A stretch of DNA of 64,000 nucleotides, taken from Cyanophora paradoxa CCMP329 (Eukaryota; Plantae; Glaucophyta). Position 1 is the stretch's first letter. The number at the start of each line of letters is the position of its first letter. The notes beneath the pieces were generated by a model. The model made no database searches, was not told the origin of the DNA, and saw nothing but the letters and a program-made list of their open reading frames with translations. The stretch covers positions 256,905 to 320,904 of the forward strand of contig QPMI01000626.1 of NCBI GenBank assembly GCA_004431415.1. The letters are read 5' to 3'. Below are positions 23,791-34,769 of this stretch, in pieces. The translations under genes and the position numbers were made by a program.

Positions 23791-26776
23791 ATGCGAGCGC
23801 AACGCGGCCCTGCCGCAGTAGCCCCAGCTCCGGCGTCCCAGGTGTTTACGCGGACCGAGACGCCGGACGATGGCTTACTTGACAGCGAGCTCGCCGTGTC
23901 GCCCCCGGCGGCGCGCGCCGAGCTGCCCCTGCGAAGCTTCGATGAGCCGGCCCCCGGGCCAGCGGCGGCCGCCGCGGCCAACGCCGTCATGCATCGGAAG
24001 TGGGCGGCGCATTCGCGGGACGGAGACGGGCCCGATCGGCCGGCCGCCCGCTCGCCGGCCGCCAGTTCCGACATACTCTGCTCGTCCGTGTCGGCGGCAA
24101 CGATGCGCCGACTGATAGAGGCGCCTCTGTACCCATTGGAGGGGGATCTACGCCTCTCGGACTCGCCCCTGTACGCCCCCTCTCCCCTCGCTTCCTCGGC
24201 CCTGCTGACCGCCCGCCGCCCGCCCCCCGCCCAGGCTCCTTTCCCTCATGAAGGTACCCCCGTGCGATTCGGGCGTACCCCTGCTGCCGCCCGCTCACGC
24301 CCCGCACAGATCGTCGGCGCGGTACCCCCCTCGCGCAGCCGCGTTCTGAACGGGGTACACGTCGTCCTCGTTCTCCTCCTCGCCGCCCTGGCCCCCGTCC
24401 CCTGGACCGCGATCTACGTCGTGCAGGGTACGCGCTTCTTCGGCCATCGCTCTCGGTGCCCCTGCCTCGTCGAGGGATCGAATCGCAGAGAAGCCGTTCC
24501 ACGTCCCGGCGGCGGTGCTTGGGTACTGTACCCCCGCTCGATCTCCGCCGAAACCCCCTTCCTTCCTTCCTCAAAGGCCGCCGCAGGGGTACCGTGATGG
24601 TCAGCCTCTGCGCTTTTTCTATCTGGTATTACCGCTCTACCCCCCACGGGCCCAACGTCATCGCGCTAGCCGCCCGCCTGCTCCGGTTCCCCCCCCCCCC
24701 CCCCCCCCCCCCCCCGCCTCCTCCCCGGCACCGGGCGATCCCTTTCGCAGCTCGCGTCGGCGCGAGGCGGCGCGGCGTACGATGGCTACCACTCTGCTTT
24801 TCCTGTACCTGGGCCTTGGTTCGCTGTACCCCCAGCCCGGACCTGCCCGGCCTGATCCGCGGGCGCAGCCGTCTCGCAGACGCTCCTCACTTGCTGGTGG
24901 ATCTTCAGCACGAGGGGGTACGGGCGCCGGCTCGGCGCAAACCGACCCGCCCGGATTCGAGCCCGGGCCCCGCCCGAAAGCGCAGCTACTACAAGAGCTC
25001 GACGTGGCTACCCGTCTGCATCGTCTCGGTAGCGACGGTGGTCCGCGTATCTCCCCCCCCTCTTGAGTCTTCCCCGCAACAGGTTTTCGTAACCCGGTAC
25101 CCCCCGGCAGTCGATCGTGGACATCGGCGCGGGCCTCACCATCTTCTCCTTCGCCCTGCAGACCAGTCTCTTTGTCGCGTGCGATACATCATCGTACCCC
25201 CCGCCCCTTCATCCCCGCGAACGAACCGCGTACCCCACCCCAGGTGCTACCAGGACATCACGGAGGAGATCGGGGCACCGGACGCGGAGGAGGGGGCCCT
25301 GATCCGGGGGCTCGAGAGGTAGCCGTACCCCCCCCCTGCCCGGATTCGCGCGATCTAAGGCGGGTAAGGGTCGCTCGGCCGAGGGCCGCCCATAAACACC
25401 TTCTCTTCACTCTGTAGTCTGGGGCTGCGTTTCTTGCGCGGCGTGGTGTCCATTGCTAAATATCGATATCCAAACATCTCTTAGCGCCGCCCATAACTAC
25501 GTTCTCTTAACCGTCTAATCTGAGTCTGCGGCTCTAAACATCCTTCTCCTCAGGTTCCCTGCGGTCGCCGAGCTGGTGACGTCGACCGAGGCAGCCTGGG
25601 GCCCCTTCCTCGCCCCCGTCACGGTGCCTTTCCCTCCCGAGGGGGGTACAGGAGCTTTCAGGGAAGAGGGGGAGAGGGGCGTAGGGAGCAGCAGCTTTCA
25701 GGGGCCTCCCCCCTTTCCCGCCCGGGCCTCTACCCCCGCCTTCTGGGCCCTCTGAGCGCCCTGCGACGGCAGGGGGTGGCGGGGATGGCGTTCGCGTACA
25801 TGGCCTACGTCTTCTACGGTTCGTTCCGTGTCCGCGCGCCCGTTCAAAGTCTCGGGTCCTAGCTCGCATTCTCGAAGATCGTAACTCTAACCTCGCCGCC
25901 TCCCCATTTAATAGTCTTAGGTCCTCCTTAGATCATAACTCTAACCTCGCCGGCAGACGCGGTCCCCTTTAATAGTCTTAGGTCATCTTTAATAGTCTTA
26001 GGTCCCCTTGAAATAGTCTAAAGTCCCTTGTCCGTCTTCTCTGTCTTCTATGGTCTGTCTGACGTCTTAGCCCGCAGACGAGAGACCTCGCCTCTAAGAT
26101 TATAAATCTAACCGCGGCGGCAGACGCGGAGCAGGACTTCGTGATCCTCTGCTACGCCCTCGCGATGGCCTCCATCTCGGGTCCGCTCCCCCTTTAGAGC
26201 CCTTCGCTGCGGCCTTGAGCTTCTCGCTCGCTCGCTCTCCCTCGCTCTTAGGCTTGTTCTCAGGCTTCTTCCTGGTCTCGGCGGCGCGGGTCACGTCGGC
26301 GGCCGCCGGCGTGCGGGACGCGGCGGGTCGCTACCTCATGCCGGGGGCGGGGCGGGGGCGGGGCGCCGGCCCCCCCGGCCCGCCCAGTGCGCCCGCGCCC
26401 CGCGCCCCTCGCGCCCAGTGCCTCGCGCTTCGGCGTGCGCTGACGCGCGCGCCGCCGCCAGGGCCGAGGGACCCGCCGAGCGGGCCGCGGTTCGCTTTCT
26501 CCACTACTTCGGCTCCCGGGAGGTGCGTCTCTCAGCTACCCTTCGAACCGATTCCAAGCGCTTGGATTACTATAACTTGACTCGAACTTCTCCTTGTTAT
26601 AATAAGTTATAACTTTAAGAAAGCAAGGCCTAATCTATATCGTAACTCGAACTTCGCAGCAAGGCTTCCGGGTGCTGGGCGTGCTGGTCACGAAGAGCCT
26701 CCTCTCCCGCGTCCTGTACCTCCTCCTCTCCGCCGCCGGCCTCCTCCTCCGCCTCGCCCTCAACCGCTCCCTCTGA
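23791..26776 (+). CDS. DUF3537 / gustatory-receptor-like (7TM ion channel superfamily) multi-pass membrane protein
   Basis: Spliced hydrophobic exons (GVHVVLVLLLAALAPVPW, GTVMVSLCAFSIWYY, SIVDIGAGLTIFSFALQTSLFVA, GVAGMAFAYMAYVFY, DFVILCYALAMASISGFFLVSAARVTSAA) and C-terminus AAVRFLHYFGSREQGFRVLGVLVTKSLLSRVLYLLLSAAGLLLRLAL. The start codon is uncertain. Confidence 0.7.
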
Positions 26777-27063
26777 CGGGCTGCGGCGCCGCGCGGCCGC
26801 GGGTCCGGCCGCACTGCGGCAGCTAGCTAGGAGCTAGCCTAGTAGACTCTGCAGCTGTAAGCTATGAGCTGACTAGTGTTTACGAGGTCAGGATAGAGCA
26901 CAAAGAGCCTCGGGGACGGGGGAATCAAAGCCTGGCGGCGGCGGCGGCCGCCGGGCCCATATGTACGGCACGCGTACGCGTACGGCGCACAAGTACTGCA
27001 ACTTTTGATCCGAGCGAGTCCGACCGACGCCGGTTCGACTCCGAACTCTTCCCGAGATATTCG

Positions 27064-30000
27064 ATGCTGGCCTTCGCGGGGCTCCCGGCGGCTCCGGCCG
27101 TGCCGCGCAGCGCACCGGCCACCGTAGCCGTGACGCATGCCAGCGTGCGGCAGCCGCCGGCGCCTCGGGCCGCGCTCGCGAGCCGCACGCCGCGCTCCTT
27201 CCTCGGAGCGCGGCCGGGGTTCTTCAGCGGCTCCGTGGCCTTCGAGCGGCAGCTAGCGCTCCGCCGCGACCAGCAACCCTCCCGAATCGCCGCGCACGCG
27301 TCGGCGTCGTTAGAGGACATGCAGGCCCGGCTCGCAGCGAGCACAATCATGAAGACGGGGCGGCCGGCCCTCGACGATGAGATCGCGAAGTTTGTCGTCG
27401 CTGCTCTCAAGGACGACGATGCGCTGGTTCGCTCGGCGGCTCGGCGGTCGGCGCGGAGCTGTCACGCCGCTCACGCGCCGGCTGCACGTCGCAGATCGCG
27501 GCAGCGAAGGAGCTGAGGAAGGTGGCGGTCGCTGCAGAAGATTCGTACATGGTCGGGCAGGTCCGCCCCCCGGGAACGAACCAGAACGAGGCACGCCGGC
27601 CGAACCGCCCACGCCGCCGCTCGCCGCCGCGCAGGTCCTCTGCCGAGCGGCGCGCGTCATCGCACACGAGCTGCAGCTCATCGAACGGTGCGGCGGCCCT
27701 CTCCGGATCCGAAGCCGCGAAGCCCGCCGCGCGGCCCGCCGCATCGCTCAAGCTTAGACCCTCGGCCCGCGCGCGCCTCGCAGCGCCGAAGCGGTGGTTT
27801 ACAAGGGCGCGCCCGCGGCGGAGTTTGCAGCATCCCCGCAGCTCATCATGCCCATCATCTCCTTCTTCGTCGCCCGCGACGGTGCTTGCTTTGCTCGCGT
27901 TCGCGCATCCGTTCCCGTACCCCGGCCGATCAATCCCCCGTACAGACTTCGACAAGTGGGCGAAGGCGTACGCGTTTTACGCGGAGTCGGCCAGCGCAGA
28001 GGCCGCCGGCACGGCGGCGATGGAGGCCGCCAAGGTGCCCCCGTACCCCCCTCGCGGCCCCGCCCCGACGAACTCGCCCGAACGCGTACCCACTTAGGCC
28101 TCGTCGGGAGAGCGCGGCATCGTTCGCCCGCTGAGCGAACCCTTCGAGCCCCTGCAGTCCAAGGTCTCGTACCCCCGCCACAGGCCCAATCTATTCTTAG
28201 TTTCGAATCGGATCCGCGTACCCCGCAGGTGGCGGCGGGCCTTTGTATGCGGAGAGAGTTTGCGACGGCGCGGGCGGCGCTGCCGCCCAACTCCCGCCAG
28301 TACGGCTGGTTCGCCCGGGGCGCACCCTCCCTTCCCACCCCCCCCCCCCCCCCCCCCCCTCCATTCTACGTATGAGGCCTCTTTCCGGCCTCGTCCCGTG
28401 TCCCCCGTCCCCACCCTGTACGCCCTCGCTCCCCCAACCGTGCGCGTACCCCTCCAGGTGCTGCCTTTACGCGATCGGGAACCTGCTGGTACCCCGCCCC
28501 CGCCCCTCCCCCGCCCCCCTCCTGGCCCCCTCCGATCCCGGTACCCAGGTGCTGGCCCTGGGCGGGGGCTCCCACGTGGGCGAGATCCTCAACCCGGCGT
28601 ACCCCATCACCCCCAAGGACGTGCGCTCACCCGCCCCACCCTATTCGTCCGCCCCTCCCCCTTAACCAGCCCGGCCCGCCCTTCAGGTGCCGGGGCGGCT
28701 GCGTCCGATCGTGCAGGAGTTCGCGTCGGTCGAGGAGCTCGGCTCCACCCGCTGCAACATGGTCCGACCCGCCCAGCGCCCCCGCCCCGCCCCGCCCCAC
28801 CCCACCCGCCCCGCCCGCCCAGCGCCCCCCAGCGCCCCACCCCGCCTCGCAATCAAGCAAGCTCCGCCCGCCCCGCCCCGCCCGCCCCACCCCACCCCGC
28901 CCCGCCCAGCGCCCCCCAGCGCCCCACCCCGCCTCGCAATCAAGCAAGCTCCGCCCGCCCCGGCCCGCCCCGCCCCGCCCCGCCCGCGCTTGCAAGACAG
29001 CGAGGAGGGGTAGAGGCTCCATCCGCGCGGGAGAGAGACGCGCACCACGCGCCGCCGACCTCCCTTAGAACCCCTCCTATCTCCCTCTCTCGCCGACCTC
29101 CCCGAGGGATCTAGGCAATCCAAGCGATCTCTTCCGACCCAAGCGCCTCCCCCGCTCCCCGCCCTCCTGACGCCGCCCCCCCAGGTTGCCGACTGGGCGC
29201 TGCGGCTGCTGCGGAGCAACCTGCCGCCCGAGAAGGCCCTCCCCGCCCTCGACCTCATCGTGCCCCTCTTCGACGAGGTGCGAGCGGCCCTAAGAAGAAG
29301 CTTAAGATGCCGCCGCCTAAGGCCCCGCCCCGCCGCGATGAAGCCTAGGAGCTCCAGCTCTAGCTCCAGCTCTAGCTCTAGCGCCAGCCCCTCTTCGACG
29401 AGGTGCGAGGTGGAGCGAGCTAGTGCTGCGGCCCTCGGGGCGCGACGCGCGGGGCGTCTAGCTCTAGGCCCTCCCCGTATCCCCGGCGCCTCCCACCCCC
29501 CTGGAGCTCCTGCCGCCGAGGCTCCCAGGAGCCTTGCTCCAGCCCCACCTCCAGCTCCAGCTCAGGCCCCTTCGCCCTCGACCTCGTCGCTATATTTAGC
29601 TCCAGGCGCCCCGCGCCCCCGGAGCTCCTGCCCTCTGTTCTAGCCGGCCTCCCCGCCCGCCTCGCCCCGCATCGCCTCTGTTCTCGCGCCCCCCGCGCCC
29701 CGCCGGCTAGCTTGCGCGGGCTAGCTAGCTAGCCAGCGAGCTGGCCGGCTCCCTTTCCGCCCGCCTCGCCTCGCCTCTGCTCTCGCCGGCCGGCTGACCG
29801 GCGCGCTCGGCCCCGCCCTCCCTCCGCGCAGGTGGGCCACCGGCACGACGTGATGCGGGGGGCGCTGGCGTTCGCCCGCGAGTCGGGCACGGGGCCCCGC
29901 CTCGCCGAGGAGGCCCTCGCACGGGTGCGCCGACGCGAGCGGGGTGTAGAAGCGGGGCGGCTCGCTGGGCCGTCCCCCCGCCTGGAGCGTCCGCCCCTCT

Positions 30001-33000
30001 GGCCCACCCCAGACTTAGGCCGAGGCTCCTAGCGGGCCTTAGACTTCGACTTGGTGGCTCTATGCTCGCCCCGCGCCGAGCTGACGCCGCCTCGCCCCGC
30101 CGCCCCCTTCCCCCCCTGCGCGCGCTCTACACCGCCCGCTTCCAGCTACTCTACTCACCGATAGCGCCGCATCCATCCACCCGTCTGACGCTCGCCGCTC
30201 TTTCGTGCGCAGTTCGTGCCGGAGTTCGACGACCCGGCGCGGGGCCCGGGGATCGCGCCGGGCACGCTCTTCGACTTCGCGGCCGAGGTCGCCCATGCCT
30301 ACACCGCCACGCCCCCGGAGGTGCGAGGCTGGGGTCGGATAGGATAGGACGGGGGGCGGGCTCGGGTAGGATGCGCCGGCTTAGCACCGAGAAGCTCCCG
30401 GCATGCGAGGCGGCTCTAGGGGGCTGGGGGCGAGGCTAGTGTTGGGCACGCCTACACCGCCACGCCCCCCGAGGTCCGCCTGCCCCCGAGGGCTGAGGGC
30501 CGAGGGCTCGCGTGGGTGGATAGGTTCACGGGCTAGCTGAGGGTCGTAGTGCAACTGCGAGGGGTCGGCCCGCCGGCCTAGCACCCAGAGGCCGCTGGCA
30601 TGCGATGGGCCTCGAGGGACTGTGGGCTTGGATGGGTCGCCTCCCGAAGGCCCCTTGCTTGCGGCGCCCCTCGCTCGCTCGCTCGCCGGCGCCGCGCGCT
30701 GACGCGCCGGCGCCGGCAGCTGCTGCAGGCGGCGGCGGCGGCGGCGGCGGCGCCCTCGGCGGGGGCGGCCCTGGACCGGGCCTCGTACCTGCGTGCGCCC
30801 GCCGCCCGGGACGGTTAGAGTTGATAGAGGACACCCAGTGCAAGCAAGTCTTGCCCGACAGGGCAGAGTCTTAACTCTACCGCCACACCTAAGCCACCTT
30901 AGGCTATCTCCCGGCAGAGTCTTAACTCTACCGCCACACCTAAGCCACCTTAGGCTATCTCCCGGCAGAGTCTTAACTCTACCGCCACACCTAAGCCACC
31001 TTAGGCTATCTCCCGGCAGAGTCTTAACTCTACCGCCACACCTAAGCCACCTTAGGCTATTTCTCCGCCCGGGACGGTTAGAGTTGATAGAGGACACCCA
31101 GTGCAAGCAAAGCCACGCGTGCCGGCCGGCACAGCCTAGCCTTAATTAACTCTACCGCCACACCTAAGCCACCTTAGGCTATTTCTCCGCCCGGGACGGT
31201 TAGAGTTGATAGAGGACACCCAGTGCAAGCAAAGCCACGCGTGCCGGCCGGCACAGCCTAGCCTTAATTAACTCTACCGCCACACCTAAGCCACCTTAGG
31301 CTATTTCTCCGCCCGGGACGGTTAGAGTTGATAGAGGACACCCAGTGCAAGCAAAGCCACGCGTGCCGGCCGGCACAGCCTAGCCTTAATTAACTCTACC
31401 GCCACACCTAAGCCACCTTAGGCTATTTCTCCGCCCGGGACGGTTAGAGTTGATAGAGGACACCCAGTGCAAGCAAAGCCACGCGTGCCGGCCGGCACAG
31501 CCTAGCCTTAATTAACTCTACCGCCACACCTAAGCCACCTTAGGCTATTTCTCCGCCCGGGACGGTTAGAGTTGATAGAGGACACCCAGTGCAAGCAAAG
31601 CCACGCGTGCCGGCCGGCACAGCCTAGCCTTAATTAACTCTACCGCCACACCTAAGCCACCTTAGGCTATTTCTCCGCCCGGGACGGTTAGAGTTGATAG
31701 AGGACACCCAGTGCAAGCAAAGCCACGCGTGCCGGCCGGCACAGCCTAGCCTTAATTAACTCTACCGCCACACCTAAGCCACCTTAGGCTATCTCTCGGC
31801 GGCGCCCTCGGTGGGGGCGGCCCTGGAACGCGCCCAGGCCGCCATCTCCGCCGGCGACCGCATGAAGGTGCGCCGACGAGCGGGCGGGCGAACATGGGCG
31901 GGGTGGAGTCCGGGCCGATACATAGTTTGGTTTGATTAGACGGGGGAGGGCGACCGCATGAAGGTGCGGGCGGGCAGCGACCGCATGAAGGTGCGCGCGG
32001 GCGGGCGGGTGAACATGGGCGGGGTGGCATGCCGAGGACGCCGCGGCCGAGGACGCCGCGTGTCTAAAAAGCTAGGCCGCCGCCGCGTATTCTAAGATGC
32101 TACGATGCCACGCGCCCGCCCGCCCGCCTCCCTGCCCTCTCTCGCGCGACCCGCTCGAGCCCTGACCCGCCCTCCCCCTCGCCCCCGCAGGAGCTGCTGG
32201 TGCGGGCCGGCCGCACCGCCGAGGACGCCGAGGACCTCCGCAAGGTGAGCTGGGACCTAGAAGGACCGGGATAGATAGATAGATAGACCTGCGCAGATAT
32301 CTAGAAAGCAGCTAGATATCTAGAAGGATGAGAGATAGATAAATAGATAGATATCTAGAAGGACCGCCGAGGACGCCGAGGAACTCCTCAAGGTGAGGGA
32401 GGGGATCTTTCCCTAGACCCCTAGAATCCCCTAGATCCCTTTCGGGGGATCCGGGTACTTCTAGATCCCCTAGATCCTTCCCTAGATCCCTAGGTCTACC
32501 TTGAAGGCGACGAAGGTGAGAGAGGGGATCCGCGTAGAAGTCCCAGAAGATAGAAGATAGATAGATAGATAGATCGATATCTAGAAGGACCTGAACAGAT
32601 AAATAGATAGATTTACGGCCTAGACCTACCTACCAGGCGACGAAGCTCGATTCCGCCTACTGACCCCTCGCCTTCCCCGTAAGCTCGTCGGCATGCTGGA
32701 GGGCGTGCTGCGGTACCCCGGCGTGGGCGCCGGCGCCGCCTGGGCCCTCTTCGAGGCCCTCAAGGCCCGCTACGCCTCAGGCGCCTCCGCCTTCGAAATG
32801 GTACGGTAACCCCCCCTTATCTAATCAAACCAAACCACGTATCGATATCTATCTTCTAACTATCTATCTATCCCATCATCTTTCTCAGGACGGGTACGTC
32901 TCGCGCTGGACTTCGTCCCTGGCGGACTTCGCCATCTCGCGCGCCTCGCCCTTCGCGCCCGTGGACGAGTCCGGGCGGCGCGCGGGGCCCGGGACCCATC

Positions 33001-34769
33001 CCCCTTCCCCTTCTTCTTCTTCCCCTTCTTCATCCTCCTCGGACGGCGGGGACGGGGACGGGGACGGGGACGCCGCTGCGGCGCCGGCGCCGGCGTCGCA
33101 GCAGGACCGGGCGCCCCGGCAGGGCACCATCGGTCCGCCCTCCCCGTCCGCTCTTTCTTCTCCCCTTCCTCACTCCCCCTCCCCTCTCCCGCAGCGCGTG
33201 CGAAGTGGGCGCTGGCGGAGCTGAAGCGGGTGGAGGAGGCCTCGGCGGGGCTCGTCGACGCCGTTACACTGGACCAGGTGCGAGGAGAGAAGGGGGGGCG
33301 TGTGGGGGGGGGGGGGGGGGGGGGGGGGGGCGGCGGGGCGGCGCGACGAGGAAACCGAGTGGGGGCCGCGGCGGGCCCCGAGGGCGCGGGGGCGAGGCGC
33401 TGCAAGTTCGGGAGAGAAGCGCGAGGCTGGGGGGGCCTGATCTGATCTGATCTAGTCTGATCTGATCTGATCTGATCTGACCCCTTCGCTCGCAGCTCCG
33501 GTGGCTTCGCAAGTCCATCGCCATGGTTGTCTGGCCCCAGAACGTGTGCCCTAACCCCCCCCCCCCCCCCCCCCCCCCCGGCTCCCTCCCCCTCACAACG
33601 CCCCCCCTCCCGCAGTTCGACAGCTGCATGGAGTGGCTGCGCGAGAAGCAGCGGGCGGGCAGGACGGGCCCCGTCCGCGCCTACTCCGCCCTCGTCCGGT
33701 ACCCCCGTTCCCTCTCTTCCCCTCCCCATAACAGATTCTGACTCTGTACCCCCCAGCGCCGTGGACAGCCGCCCCTCCTGGGAGCGCGCCTGCGCCGTCG
33801 CGGATCTGCTCGAGGGCGCCCACCGCGTCGGCCAGACCCGTCTCTGGGTACGCGCTTCATCCCGTACCCCCTTCTCTTCCCCCCCCCCGGGTGGGGCCAC
33901 CTCTTACGCTTTCGGCGCAGTCGTCGTCGAAGGCGGCGCGCCTGTGGCTCGCCGTGCGCTCCTACTCGCGCGCGTGGACCGCCATTCGGGCCGCGGAGAA
34001 GGGTGCGGGCCCTCGGAAATTCTTTGCCTTTCCCGCCTGAATTCATCGATATCTGATCCGATCCAATCTTTTTTCCTCGCAGACTACGATGAGCGGCTGG
34101 CTCAGACGGGCGGCGTACCCCTCGCCGGCGACGACGAGCAGCTCCGGTACCCCCCTTCTCGGCGTTTCGTCGGTTCGCGCTCGGCTGATGCTGAGGGGGT
34201 ACGTGTACAGTTTCATGTACGAGTCGGTGGTGCTGGCGATTCTTGCACCGGCGCCGGCCGTCCCCGGCGAGCGGAGGGACAGCCGCGCCGACCGGCGGGC
34301 CGAGGGCGAAGGGTCGCTCGAGTCGGCCGAGTCGAACCGGAGGCAGCAGCCGTCGTACCCCTCCTCCGCTTCCTCGCCCTCCTCCTCGCCCCCCTCCTCC
34401 TCGAGCTCCGCCTCGTCCTCTGCGGCGGCGGCGGAGGGGGTACAGGACCAGAGGCGGGAGAGCCCGGAGCCTCTGGGCCTGGCCCAGGGCGTCGCGCGGC
34501 GCGCCCGGCGGCGCAACATCTCCCTCCACCAGTCCGTCCTCTCATGCCTCGCCCGCGCCGAGCGCGCCCAGGGCGCCACCCCCACGTACCCGTACCCCTC
34601 CTCGTCCTCTTCCCCCTCCCCCTCCTCACCCGCCCCGTCCGAGGGGGCGGGCGGTCGCGAGAGGCCCGCGGCGGCGCCGGTCGGCCGGGCGGCCTCGCCG
34701 CGGCCGCGCGGGGCCGGCGGGGCCGGCGCGGGGCGGCGCCCCTACCCCCCTCGCCCCCGCTACCAGTAG
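27064..34769 (+). CDS. Large multi-exon, probably plastid-targeted alpha-helical protein of unknown function
   Basis: N-terminus MLAFAGLPAAPAVPRS...RSFLGARPGFFSGS resembles a transit peptide. About 20 short exons bounded by AG/GT (e.g. DFDKWAKAYAFYAES, VADWALRLLRSNLPPEKALPALDL, FDSCMEWLREKQR). Stop at 34769. Confidence 0.6.
30862..31796. repeat. Intronic compound minisatellite: about 4 x 51 bp followed by 6 x 122 bp
   Basis: 51-bp units start at 30862, 30913, 30964 and 31015. 122-bp units start at 31065, 31187, 31309, 31431, 31553 and 31675. The two unit types share the core TAACTCTACCGCCACACCTAAGCCACCTTAGGCTAT. Confidence 0.95.

Noticed and set aside
30862-31796. CRISPR-like appearance of the regular repeats
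   Set aside because: Units are identical with no unique spacers, there are no cas genes, and the array lies in a eukaryotic intron.
27064-34769. PPR protein call
   Set aside because: Only isolated PPR-like phrases (RAYSALV); no convincing 35-aa periodicity by eye.
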